The notes under the pieces are model-generated. The model searched no databases, had not been told where the DNA came from, and was given only the letters and a program-made list of their open reading frames with translations. A program made the translations under genes and the position numbers. Shown here one piece after another: positions 20,504 through 30,168 of a stretch of 32,712 nt of DNA. The stretch's first letter is position 1; each line of letters begins with the position of its first letter. The DNA is from an uncultured Candidatus Peribacteria bacterium (lineage in GTDB: Bacteria; Patescibacteriota; Gracilibacteria; BD1-5; UBA6164). Location of the stretch: positions 9,725-42,436 of the forward strand of contig CAYTMN010000001.1 of NCBI GenBank assembly GCA_964438925.1, given 5' to 3'.

Positions 20504-23461
20504 TTATTTTTGCGTATCCTCTTTCTTAAAATATTTTCTTATAAAGAGTATCCAAGCAATATACTGTATAAGGAGTATTATATAAAAGAAGAAATCAAAG
20601 AGATTCATACTTCTTGAGTATCCATAATTGTAGTCATTCCACATACTACCTCTTACAGAGAAAGATTGAGACAATCATGATGAAGCTCATTTGATTCCAC
20701 TATGCACACTTGCTTCCCCAAAAGATATTCCTCTTCTTCCTGCAGAAGTGTCTGAAAACGAAGGAGTAAAAGATTCTCTTGGGTTACCTACATTTGCATT
20801 TGAAGGAACAGTTATGCTTTTTTGAGCAAATCCTTGAGGAAGCTCACGTACTGACATATCAGAGATTGGAGCAGTAATCTCAACATCACTAGGAAAAACG
20901 TCAGAGACTGGGGTAGGGAAACGTGAATTTGAAGTTGGAAAGTCTGGGAAATTCATTCTTGTAGGTTCTTTTTTTACCGTATCATACTTTGAACTATCAG
21001 AAGAATATCTTTCCAAATCTTGTCTTTGTTGCTCAGTTTGTAGAGCAATAAGAGAGTTGAATTGGTTTACTATTTTGTATCTTTTTGCTATAGATGTTTG
21101 CCAATCTGCAACCATTTCCCAATTTGTCTCATTTGCAATTTTTGACATCATAAGATTTCAAATGTATCCGGCGTATATAGTCTCTAGGGGAGCACTCCAT
21201 TCTATTTTTTCGCAAGCATCTGTAGATACTGTAGGAGGATAGAGTATTTTCCCTAGCACATCAGGGATATCTTTTTGAGAAACAACTTCATATATATTTC
21301 CTCTTGTTGCAGCAACAAGAGAGTTAAAATCTGCTTTATAAGACTTGATAGCTTGCCCTACCTTGATAACTGAAATATGATTTGAAAGTACTATTGAGAG
21401 ATTTCGTCCTTTTTGTTCTTCAGCTGAAAAGTTGAAGCTATCATCGTCAGTGACAAAAATAATACGTTGTTGAGAAATCTGATTGTTTATAATGTAATCA
21501 ATCGTAGTATCAATATCTGAGTATCCCCAGAACTTGATATCACTCACCTCACTTATCTTATGTACATCAAAGTTGTACGCATATACGTCAACATCATTGA
21601 GTTTTCCTCATTGGTTTTTTACCGCATCATATATTTCAGTATAGAGTCTATTTGCTCCATTTCTTTTAACACTTAAAGAGTTGTCAAAAAATATACTTAC
21701 TTTGTCTCCAGAATTTGACTTATCAGATACAGTCCCGCTTTGGGGCCCTGTATTTTTAGAGGTAAGTATATCAACCAGTCAAGAGGAAGGAGCAGTAATA
21801 TTATTTGAAATCAAAAATTGTAAAATACTAGGACTCGCACAGAAGTTTTGAATATCTTTTGTAGGCTCAATTTTTACATCTGCAAGAGTGAGAGTATGGT
21901 TTGAATGAAGATATTCTTCTATAGTAGCACTCTTGGTAATGTCCTCTTTTATAAGAGTGCCTTGAGTGTATACTTTTGAAATAAAAGAACTATTTTCATC
22001 ATGAGTAATATTTACAAATGAAAGTCTAGGAGAGTAGAGAATAGACTTTGTGTTTACTCAGATAGGACTTAAAAGAGTCACCTCAATGAGTTGTCTTCAA
22101 AGACTCTTGGTATCTTGGTTGCTAGGAATTGGAAAGACTCGTAAACTGTAGGTACTTTGACCTACCTTTTCTATAAGAGCTGGATCAATATTTTTTACAA
22201 GACTTTCTTCATACACTCTTCGAGCAGCTCATTTTGGAGCTATTTGTCCCATATTTTCTCCATTGAGCCCAAGCTTGAGCTCAGTTACTACAGAGTCAGG
22301 AGTAGGGGCTTCAAAGTAGATAATTCCTTCCTGATTTATTTTCGTTTTATTGGTGAGGTGAAATCTATAGGTTGTAGTCAGGATTCAAACTCCACTTTCT
22401 GGAACTGAGACTTTATTTTCTATTTCTCAAAGACTCAAAAGTACCTCAGCATTGGCTCCTACTTTGCTCATATTAGTTGCGAAAGAACGTCTATTTTGCT
22501 CAGTTTTAAGAGCGTCTTTAAAGTATGCTTCAGGTGTAGAATCATAGAGTTTTTGGAAATAATCAGTATTGTAAAAGTTATGAGCATTCAGCTTTTTCAA
22601 GATTGCCCAATCAAGAAATGCTACTTTAGCTTTTGTATAGGTTTCATAAGAGATGGACTCTGTTTGCAAAATGCGTACAGAACGAGAAATCTGATTGTCA
22701 TAAATAAATTCAAGAACTTTCCCTGAAAAAGAGAGGAAAAATAGACATCAAAAGACTAGGATTGCGATATGAAGTCCTCGTTTCTTAGAAGGGAGAGTCT
22801 GAGCATCATAGTAGGTATGAAGTGAATATATTGGACCAAGAACTGCAAGAAGTAAAACGATAAAAAAGAGGATTTGTATAAAAAATGTTCCGCTTGGATG
22901 ATCTCTTACGATTTGTATTATTCCATCTATCCATGGCTGCATGATTCCAACTTTTAATCATATAGAAACAACAAGGACATTGAGCGCTAAAAAGAAGAAA
23001 AATCAAAAAGAGTAAGAAAAAAATAAATGCTGTATCTTTGGAAAATATTTCATTTTTTGTACTGGAGTAAACCTCCCGAGGAGATATATGATTGGGTAAA
23101 CGAGAAGAAGAATACTAGTAAACCGATTGATGTTTGTATCTGTTCAATAAAAATAACCAGTAAGAGCTATAACTCAAAGACATAGTGGTATAAAGAGTAA
23201 AAAGAAGTTTTTTTCTGTCTCTTTTCAAAGCAAGTATATGATTGCAGCAATAACTACAATCAGTACTCATGAGAAGATATAAAGCGCAAGAGTAAATTCT
23301 CTAAACTGTGAATAGAGCAATACAAGAAGAAAAAACCCTAAAACTAAAGAGAGGATGATGTATACACCACTCAAAACTTTTTTAAAAATATCAGGATATT
23401 TTTTAAGTGTTAGAGAAATGGATGTGAGAAACTGAATAAGAGAATCAAGCATAAACTTCAA
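20504..23461 (-). CDS. 985-aa membrane protein: polytopic N-terminal domain, VIT domain, vWA domain, C-terminal TM helix
   Basis: Minus-strand pieces ending at 23461, 22942, 22669, 21547 and 21151 share one frame and are joined only by TGA. Start TTG 23459-23461 or ATG 23450-23452, stop TAA 20504-20506. The VIT-like segment is [10 protein letters not shown]...[18 protein letters not shown]...APK[G][10 protein letters not shown]...[11 protein letters not shown]. The vWA domain has an intact MIDAS motif in FFDNSLS and a IIFVTDDD strand. About seven hydrophobic helices precede the VIT domain. Confidence 0.7.
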
Positions 23462-23482
23462 ATGATGAAATAAAGTAAAGGC

Positions 23483-23511
23483 ATTATACTAGAATCCCTC
23501 AAAGAATTCAA
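23483..23511 (-). promoter_or_regulatory. Sigma70-like promoter of the VIT-vWA gene
   Basis: On the minus strand: TTGAAT (23506-23511), 17-nt spacer, TATAAT (23483-23488). Confidence 0.5.
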
Positions 23512-23540
23512 GATATTGCAAAGCAATCAAGAGAAAACAC

Positions 23541-23568
23541 TTGCCTTTTTTCTCTTTTTTCTTATAAA
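23541..23568 (+). promoter_or_regulatory. Possible promoter of the structured RNA
   Basis: TTGCCT (23541-23546), 16-nt spacer, TATAAA (23563-23568). It lies about 40 nt upstream of the closing helix of the RNA candidate. Confidence 0.35.
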
Positions 23569-23605
23569 ATAATGAATTTACCTTCTTACATATACACTAT
23601 GTGAA

Positions 23606-24047
23606 GACCTGAAAACTGTGGGGATTGTATCATAGCAACTGCTTCAGTGACACAGACTTGAATGGTATCTTGCCCGCTGACAGATAAACTCTATCCAAGA
23701 GACAAACACATCTGTTATAACCCTGCGCAAGCAGCAAGCTGGGGAGCTGAAAGTGTTGCCCATATTTTATGGCTTTGAGAAGGTCTAGACCCAAAGGCAA
23801 AAGCACAAAGAGGACTTCCTGTGGTAGAAACTCCAAAACCTACTCTTGTAACTTTGTAGTATGGCATCAGTACATTTTCCTATCAACTGTGCAGACTGTA
23901 GTGAGTTTGAAAACTGAAAGTGTGGTTTGACACAAGACCCTAAAAGTCATACTCAAAAGTGTTCACATCCTGACTTAGCAGAGAGGTGGTCTGTGGAGAG
24001 TAGAGCAGCTTCAAACAGAGTTCATAGAGTTATGGAGTTTTGAGTCT
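23606..24047 (+). ncRNA. Candidate structured ncRNA with an RNase P RNA (bacterial type A)-like core topology
   Basis: This lies in a 622-nt gap between two minus-strand genes, with no convincing ORF in any frame even under code 25. Nested long-range helices: AGAC..AAAACT (23606-23617) with AGTTTT..GTCT (24036-24047); AACTCTAT (23687-23694) with ATAGAGTT (24024-24031); CAAGAG (23696-23701) with CTCTTG (23843-23848). Local hairpins include CTGC-GCAA-GCAG (23723-23734, GNRA loop), 23644-23649/23675-23680, and 23931-23939/23988-23995 enclosing 23944-23949/23971-23976. Several strings resemble conserved RNase P regions: GCUGAAAGUG (23746-23755), GGUAGAAACUCCAAAACC (23823-23840), and ACAGAG just 5' of the P4-like 3' strand. 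The canonical GGAAAGUCC element and the bulged U are not evident. Confidence 0.4.
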
Positions 24048-24083
24048 GAGGAGATGAGAAGATAGTTCAAATCTATAGATAAG

Positions 24084-25196
24084 CTATTCGCTAAAACTCT
24101 TTCATACGACATACCCCGCACTCCACGCTACTTGGAGGTTAAATCCTCCTGTTTTTCCTGTGAGGTCCAGCACTTCTCCTATAAAGTAGAGTCCTGGGAC
24201 TTTTTTACTTTGAAAATGCTTATCGAGCTCATCAACTACCACTCCTCCTCACGTGACTTTTGCTTCAGCCCAAGACCTCAGGTCATTTATGTGCAGAGTT
24301 GTTTCCATATTTTCTTCATCAAGTCCAAAAAAGTCTCTCACTCTCTTGGTAAGGTGTTCGCTATCAAACACGAGCTTTGCGTGTATATGGTCTTTTATGT
24401 AGAGGTGTTCATCTTGGTGAATTCACTTTTCTCGCAAGTGTTCTCAAAGTCGTATAACTCCGTTAAAAACGAGTGGTCCTGAAAGTCAAAAATGCGTAAA
24501 AAGAAACGAACCATACTCACTATATATCTCTTTAGTATCATCAAACAGTCGAAAGGTAAGAAACACGGTACTTCCAGATAACTCCTTGAGATCTTCTTTC
24601 GTGATGAGAGCGCAGAGTCACTTGTACGGTTCTACAAGCTCTATCCCAAACTCTTTTGCAAGTCTGTACCCCCAACCGTCAGTTCCAACTTGAGCAAAGC
24701 TTTTCCCTCCAGTACTCACAACTACTTTTTTTGCATAAATTTTCGTTTCTCATGATTGTATGACAAATATCTCATCTTCTTTTTTGAGGCTCTCAACTCA
24801 AAAGTTACACAGTATTTGTGTGTTGTTTTCTCTGAGTTCTTTTTCCAGAAGTGTTACAAGTTCTTGCGCTTTTCCACTATGGAGGATGATACGACCTCTA
24901 TCTTCTATATGTGTTTGGACTCAGCGACTCTCAAGCCAGTCTATCATATCGTAGTTGGAAAACTTTTTGAAAAGAGAGTGCAGTACCTTTTTATTTTTCC
25001 CAAAATAATCATTTTCTGGAGTGATATCAATATTGGAAACATTACACCTTTCACCACCTGAGAGGAGCACTTTTTTTCCTATTTTCTCGTTTTTTTCTAT
25101 GAGGATTTTCGACATAGTTTTAGGAGCATTGATACAGGCAAATATCCCTGCAGCTCAGGCTCAAATCACGGCAAGATCATACACTTTCTCGTTCAT
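24084..25196 (-). CDS. HI0933/YhiN (BaiN)-family FAD-dependent oxidoreductase
   Basis: Start ATG 25194-25196, stop TAG 24084-24086. The N-terminus MNEKVYDLAVI[G]A[G]AAGIFA is an FAD GxGxxG with TGA at 25161-25163 and 25155-25157. Other family motifs: KVLLSGGERCNVSN, VVSTGGKSF, THF[G]LSGP, VT[G]GGV, GEVLDLTGKTGGFNLQVAWSAGY. Confidence 0.85.
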
Positions 25197-25367
25197 AGTT
25201 TTTTTGAGATTAACGAGCTAAAGTATACCTATAGAGAAAATATATGCAATTTTGCCCGCATACATTGACTATTTTATTATAGTGTATAAAATATAAAAAT
25301 AGCCAAGGATATATAGTGTCATTTTGAACAATGTTCTCTTTTCTCTTTGCTTGTAAACGTGAATAAT

Positions 25368-25787
25368 ATGCTCGATTCTTTAGTGCAATTTGACCAAATT
25401 AAAAAAGGGGATTCTGTTCCAAGAGAGGTACAGGACTTTTATGTGGAGCATCGGGTAGAGGAGTATGGAGTGCATCTGCTTAGCGGTATAAGAGACCCCT
25501 ATCTTGTAGCACAAGATCTCAGCGAAGTTTCTCTATGTGTAGGAAAAATAGACGGTCAGGTTATAGGTATTACTACGTATCGTGAAGATGTAGGGGATTT
25601 TGGCCTTATTTTGGTACACCCTGATTTTAGAGAACAAGGACTATGACGGCAACTGTGAAATAAAGTTTTAGATATCCTCACTAAAAGTCACCATACTATC
25701 TCGGTACAAATAGGTTCAGAAGAGGGAGAAAGGCTGATACATAAACTTAAAAAAGCTTTTAGCCATATTCTTTTCGATATTGTATAA
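25368..25787 (+). CDS. GNAT-family N-acetyltransferase
   Basis: ATG 25368; an in-frame TTG at 25347 is an alternative start. The segment ...VIGITTYREDVGDFGLILVHPDFREQGL[G]RQL[G]NKVLDIL matches GNAT motif A (Q/R-x-x-G-x-G/A), with both glycines encoded by TGA. Stop TAA 25785-25787. Confidence 0.7.
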
Positions 25788-25794
25788 TTTTGAT

Positions 25795-25822
25795 TTGCAA
25801 AAGGTTACAAGTTCACTAATAT
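25795..25822 (+). promoter_or_regulatory. Sigma70-like promoter of the metK leader
   Basis: TTGCAA (25795-25800), 16-nt spacer, TAATAT (25817-25822). The riboswitch P1 helix starts about 17 nt downstream. Confidence 0.45.
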
Positions 25823-25837
25823 ATTAGTACTTGATAA

Positions 25838-25950
25838 ACATATCAAGAGAGAGTGAGAGAGAATAGGCTCGTCATCATCACTCCAGCAACCTACCCCGCT
25901 AAAGCGCGGCAAGGTGCTAATTCCTACCCTCTTGCAGGGAAAGATATTTT
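25838..25950 (+). promoter_or_regulatory. SAM-I (S-box) riboswitch aptamer
   Basis: CAUAUCAAGAGAGAGUGAGAGAGAAUAGGCUCGUCAUCAUCACUCCAGCAACC...GCGGCAAGGUGCUAAUUCCUACC...GGGAAAGAUAU. This matches the S-box consensus blocks (AUCAAGAG, GCAACC, GGUGCUAAUUCC, and P1 closing with GAAAGAUAU). It lies directly upstream of metK. Confidence 0.85.
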
Positions 25951-25977
25951 CACACACTTCTTTTTTGAAGCACAAAA

Positions 25978-26012
25978 ATCTTTCTCGCTCGGGGAGAGAT
26001 TTTTTTATTTTT
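25978..26012 (+). terminator. Expression-platform terminator of the SAM riboswitch
   Basis: ATCTTTCTC (25978-25986), loop GCUCG, GGGAGAGAT (25992-26000). The 9-bp stem includes two G-U pairs and is followed by TTTTTTATTTTT, 15 nt before the metK ATG. Confidence 0.75.
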
Positions 26013-26026
26013 ATAACTTTTTTGTT

Positions 26027-27154
26027 ATGCACTACTTTTTAACTTCAGAGTCAGTAACGAGCGGTCACCCAGATAAAGTCTGTGACCAGATAAGTGACGC
26101 AGTACTTGACGCATGTTTTGCGGTTGACCCAAACTCTCGTGTAGCTTGTGAGTGTCTTGTAACCACTGGAACGGTTATCGTTTCAGGAGAAATAACTACA
26201 AAAGCATGGGTAAACTTTCAAGATGTAGCAAGAAAAGTCATACGTGAAATCGGGTACAACGAACCTGAAGCATGTTTTAGTGCTGATGATGTATGAGTAC
26301 AAATCCTTATCAACTCACAATCTCCAGATATCGCTCAAGGAGTAGATACAGGAGGAGCAGGGGATCAAGGACTTATGTACGGATACGCAACCAACGAAAC
26401 AGACAACTATCTCCCAACACCTATCAGTCTTGCACACAAACTTTCTCGCAGACTTGAAGAAGTTCGTAGAAACGGAACTCTTCCATTTTTGCTTCCAGAT
26501 GGAAAGACACAAGTTACAGTAGAGTATGCTGAGGGGAAACCTCTCAGAGTAGATACAGTAGTTGTTTCAAACCAACATAGAGCAAGCGCAACAAACGAAG
26601 AAATTCACCAAGGTATCATAGAGCACGTTATCAAACCAATTGTTGGAAATCTCACAGATGAAAAAACAGTGTTTCATATCAACCCTACAGGACGTTTTGT
26701 AACTGGAGGACCAAAGGGAGACTGTGGTCTTACTGGAAGAAAGATTATCGTAGATACGTATGGTGGTATTGGTCGTCACGGAGGAGGTGCGTTCTCAGGA
26801 AAAGACCCATCAAAAGTAGACAGAAGTGGAGCATATATCGCTCGTTACCTTGCTAAAAACATCGTAGCATCAGGAGTATGTGATAGATGTGAAATCCAAA
26901 TCAGTTACGCTATCGGAGTTGCTGAACCAGTATCTATCTTTGTAGATATGTTTGGAACTGAAAAAGTAGCAAGAGAAAAAGTGATCGAAGCTGTAAAAAC
27001 AAGTTTTAATCTCACTCCAAAGGGAATCATAGAAAAACTCAATCTTCGTAATCCTATCTACCAAAAAACCGCTACATACGGACACTTTGGAAGAGACGAT
27101 GTGAGTTGGGAAGCACTTGATAGTGTAGATGTTTTCAAAAAACTCCTTTCGTAA
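26027..27154 (+). CDS. metK: S-adenosylmethionine synthetase
   Basis: [28 protein letters not shown]..., then SADDV[G][36 protein letters not shown]..., then [21 protein letters not shown]...[19 protein letters not shown]. The two standard-code pieces are joined by a single TGA at 26294-26296. Stop TAA 27152-27154. Confidence 0.97.
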
Positions 27155-27156
27155 AT

Positions 27157-27183
27157 AAAATCCCGCAGATGCGGGATTTTTTA
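27157..27183. terminator. Bidirectional terminator
   Basis: AAAATCCCGC (27157-27166), AGAT loop, GCGGGATTTT (27171-27180). It lies between metK and the convergent HIT-like gene. Confidence 0.8.
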
Positions 27184-28170
27184 TGCCAATATTTGTGTGA
27201 TTTTTCTGCGAAAATCATTTGAGTTTGGGGTTGTAGGATTGGGCACTGCTTTTCTGGAAACAGGAAAACCAGCTATTTCCATAGAAGCCCCATGTTCTTT
27301 TGGATGACCTTCCTCAGTAACTCTACGATAGTTAAACTTTATTCTCAAAACTGTTTTTCCTCCCTGAGTAAAACTAGCCAAAGAGTAGGCCATCAGTTCT
27401 TTTGTAAACTGTAGTCAAAGAGAGTTTACAGCCATCCCAAAGTCGTAATCTATACTTTTATTAAAGCCAGTAGTATAGCTTTCCAGCAAGGAAAACAAAA
27501 GCATCATATACTTTGTATTTCTTCCTCAAGTGAGGGAGTTATTATCAGGCAAAATGATATCAAGCGCGTGATGTGTATTATTGTACACAACAGATGGTAT
27601 GGTTTGAGCGAGACTACTGTGTCTTTTGAGATAGTCTTCAAATCCATCAAGAAGATACTTATTTTCATCGTTAATACTGAGCTTTGAGAGAAACTCATCT
27701 ACTCTTCCAACCGTAACTCTCATATGGTTTTCGACGGTTGGCTCTGTACGAAATAGAGAGATATGTATGTGGGGACGAAAAACAGACTGTGCTTTCCCAT
27801 TTCATGGTTGTGTTGCTGCATTTATACCGACCACGAGCTTGTACTCTCCAGTAGCAAGTTGAGATTCATAGGTCTTTTCCAGCCCACTCACGACTTTTTT
27901 CAAGAGTGCATCTAGGCTTTTTCTCTCTTGAGGAGTACAGTCAACGAGCGTTCTCACTCACATATTTTCTCCTCCATAGACGATCATACAATCCATATCT
28001 GAGTATGGAGCGGCTTTTTCCGCTAGTACCCAGTCACCAGTATCCAATATAATCGGTGGATTATCGGCTCTGAGATTTTGTCTCATTCACGTAGCACTTC
28101 GTAGGCTCTCGAGATTTCCAACATCTCGAGTATAGCCGTGTGCCTCTAACTCTGTGTGTACTATCCTCAT
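27181..28170 (-). CDS. HIT/GalT-superfamily-like protein (degenerate His-triad HIHIS), 329 aa
   Basis: Start ATG 28168-28170, stop TAA 27181-27183; the pieces are joined by TGA. The segment ...LVVGINAATQP[G]NGKAQSVFRPHIHISLFR resembles the HIT core (G-x-N-x-G...Q-x-V-x-H-x-H-x-H-x-x-P-R), with Ser in place of the third His. The overall length and two-lobed layout recall GalT/Ap4A-phosphorylase-type enzymes. Confidence 0.5.
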
Positions 28171-28288
28171 ATATGTATAAAAAATTTTGGAGATTATAGA
28201 CCTATATTGACGAAATACAAGTTACATTTAAAATATCTTGCAAATCACCAAAAATTCATACAATACAATCATATTTTTTTATATAAAA

Positions 28289-28588
28289 ATGTGTATGAAT
28301 AAAAGAGATCAAGCACTCCAAGAGTGTAGAAATGATTTAAGTGGATATTGTAGGGGAAATGCTCACTTTCTAGCAGCAGGAGGAAATGTATATATGGAGT
28401 CAGATTTTGACGTGACTATTGCAGTGGCTCAAAGAGTAGATGCTATTAGAAAAAAACTTTGAACAGTTACAGGACAAGAGTTAGAGCAAATACTCAAAAT
28501 TCAAAACATTCGTTTTATCCCTACACCACAGATTCAAGACTTTTGCTCAATGATACAAACACAACTTTTAGAAAAAATCGCAGCATAA
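28289..28588 (+). CDS. Hypothetical protein, 99 aa
   Basis: ATG 28289; ATG 28295 or TTG 28238 are alternative starts. There is one in-frame TGA. Stop TAA 28586-28588. No recognisable motif. Confidence 0.5.
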
Positions 28589-28594
28589 AACTCT

Positions 28595-29164
28595 ATGGAC
28601 CATATCTGGAAAAGAGAAGTTGATGGAGGACAAAGTGATGTGTTTAAAGATGGAAACACCTGTGTAAAAGTGTACTCAGGGATACAGCGAGACGATATAG
28701 TGCTCTATCATACCATACAGTCACAGCTTTGCACACGAGTCTGTACTATTCTCACAAAAGTACAGCAGTATCAAGGACAAGAGGTACGAGAAGTAGAAGT
28801 ACAGTTTCTCTTACTTGATGAAAACTCAGTAGAGTCTCAAAAATACTCTCGTACAGGTATAAGTCAGGTAACCACAAGAGTTCCTTTTATAGAGGGGCAG
28901 AGTTTTGCTGAAGCATTTTCAAAAGACCCTATGTTTTGGGAGTTTGTACAAAAACGAGTCATCAGGTTTTTACGTCAACAGGTACCATCTCTGAGCATAG
29001 GAGCCAATCAATTGGCAAGACATAACATAAAGGTAGTATGATTTGCACAAGGAACACTCAAACTTCTCGTTACCGATATCGCTCAAAACATCAGAACATT
29101 TATAGATGCAAACAAAGATAAAGTAGAACAACTTACCTATTTGAGAGAGAGTAGAGAAAAATAA
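28595..29164 (+). CDS. Hypothetical protein, 189 aa, with weak protein-kinase-like features
   Basis: The ATG is 6 nt after the previous stop. GGQSDVFKDGNTCVKVY resembles a Gly-loop followed by a VxK strand. ARHNIKVV[G]...LLVTDIA resembles catalytic-loop and DFG-type elements. Stop TAA 29162-29164. Confidence 0.55.
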
Positions 29165-29226
29165 GGAGCAAACTTGTATTTTCAAAGAAAGTATGGTCTA
29201 ATAGATACATACTTTTTTATCTATAT

Positions 29227-29919
29227 ATGGGGAAAAAACCACTTGAACTTCGTGGAACTATAGGACCGAGCAATGACTGGGCGCCTGTGATACAAAAAGG
29301 AGACACACTCCCACTCACTCCCACAGAAAAACTTTCAAATACTCTAGAGATACAGGAACTAGAGCTTTTAACAGACTCACTCGTACTCTTCATACAAAAA
29401 CCAAACTTTAAAAAATCGGTCGACAAACAAACACTCAAGCTGGTACAAGCAAGCATCGTAGATACAAAACTCTTTATACGCTCAGCGCGCCTCCAAAAAG
29501 AAACACCTCAAAGTATTAGAGAGGTAAAGTGAGAGGTAGCAAAAACCCTGTCCCTCGCACAAAAAGCGATGATGGCATACGATACGCAAATACTTCTCAA
29601 AAGTATGTCTATAAAAGAAAATGCCCTTTGGCTATCTCCTCATAAACAAAAAGTGTTAGAGATGGAACAACCACTTGCGTATACCTATCTTAAAAACCTG
29701 CTACAGGTAAAAACGCATATAGATGCTTGGCTCAAAAATGGAATCATAGATGAGTTCACATGGTGGAATCTCCTCAAGTTTGCCAATCCTCCGAGAATCC
29801 TCCAGATCATTTATACCATAGAACAAAACAAAACCTCACAAGAACATGAGAGGCAGATGATACAGGAAGCAGTAAAAGAGTTTATGAAAGTAGTACTCAA
29901 AGATTCACAAGAGGCATAA
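29227..29919 (+). CDS. Hypothetical protein, 230 aa
   Basis: Pieces 29227..29532 and 29569..29919 share one frame and are joined through TGA 29530-29532. Stop TAA 29917-29919. No recognisable motif. Confidence 0.6.
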
Positions 29920-29931
29920 GCCTCTTTTTTA
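29909..29931. terminator. Short bidirectional terminator
   Basis: AGAGGC (29910-29915), ATAA loop (which contains the stop codon), GCCTCT (29920-29925), then T6. Confidence 0.6.
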
Positions 29932-30168
29932 GTACTGACTGTAGACTTTTTCTATGGTGATGTTTTTTGCTTGTATATGAAAGAGTATCTTGTATTCGCC
30001 AGCTCTAAAACAGTAAGACTGGGTAAAACGAGAAAGCATCTTGAGGTTTGGGAGACGTGGAAAACTGGAAAGAAGAGATATCTTTTCTATGATATATGCT
30101 ACATCAGTGTCAGGTACTTCTGAAAATACACTTACTGAAGCCTCACTAAAGAGTATATTAAAAGCCAT
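29929..30168 (-). CDS. RelE/ParE-superfamily type II toxin
   Basis: 79-aa ORF with no internal TGA. The C-terminal segment ...SYCFRAGEYKILFHIQAKNITIEKVYSQY matches the RelE/ParE pattern (y-R-x-R-v-G-d-Y-R-i-i-Y-x-i...I-x-I-x-x-V). Its start overlaps the upstream small ORF by 11 nt. Confidence 0.7.
   Translation of the reverse strand: MAFNILFSEASVSVFSEVPDTDVAYIIEKISLLSSFPRLPNLKMLSRFTQSYCFRAGEYKILFHIQAKNITIEKVYSQY

Noticed and set aside
23618-23640. A GGGGAUUG... start that resembles the 5' end of tmRNA.
   Set aside because: There is no complementary 3' acceptor strand with a G-U pair at position 3 and ACCA, no UUCGAC-type element and no proper T-arm next to a 3' end. I also found no tag-like reading frame ending in hydrophobic residues followed by a stop.
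23861-24082. 73-codon plus-strand ORF under code 25 with a C-x2-C...C...C pattern (MASVHFPINCADCSEFEN[G]KCGL...).
   Set aside because: It falls inside the region with extensive nested RNA helices and has no promoter or terminator of its own. An open frame of this length is not improbable when only TAA and TAG act as stops. It remains a fallback if the RNA hypothesis fails.
24060-24090. A T-loop-like GAUAGUUCAAAUCUAUA, possibly a tRNA or tRNA-like 3' domain.
   Set aside because: The stem has only 4 bp. The flanking sequence cannot form an acceptor stem, D-arm or anticodon arm of canonical dimensions, and the segment runs into the stop codon of the flavoprotein gene.
24096-24113. A GUGCG string on the minus strand, which is the group II intron 5' consensus.
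   Set aside because: It lies inside the conserved C-terminal coding sequence of the HI0933-family flavoprotein (..NLQVAWSAGYV..). No domain V-like element follows it.
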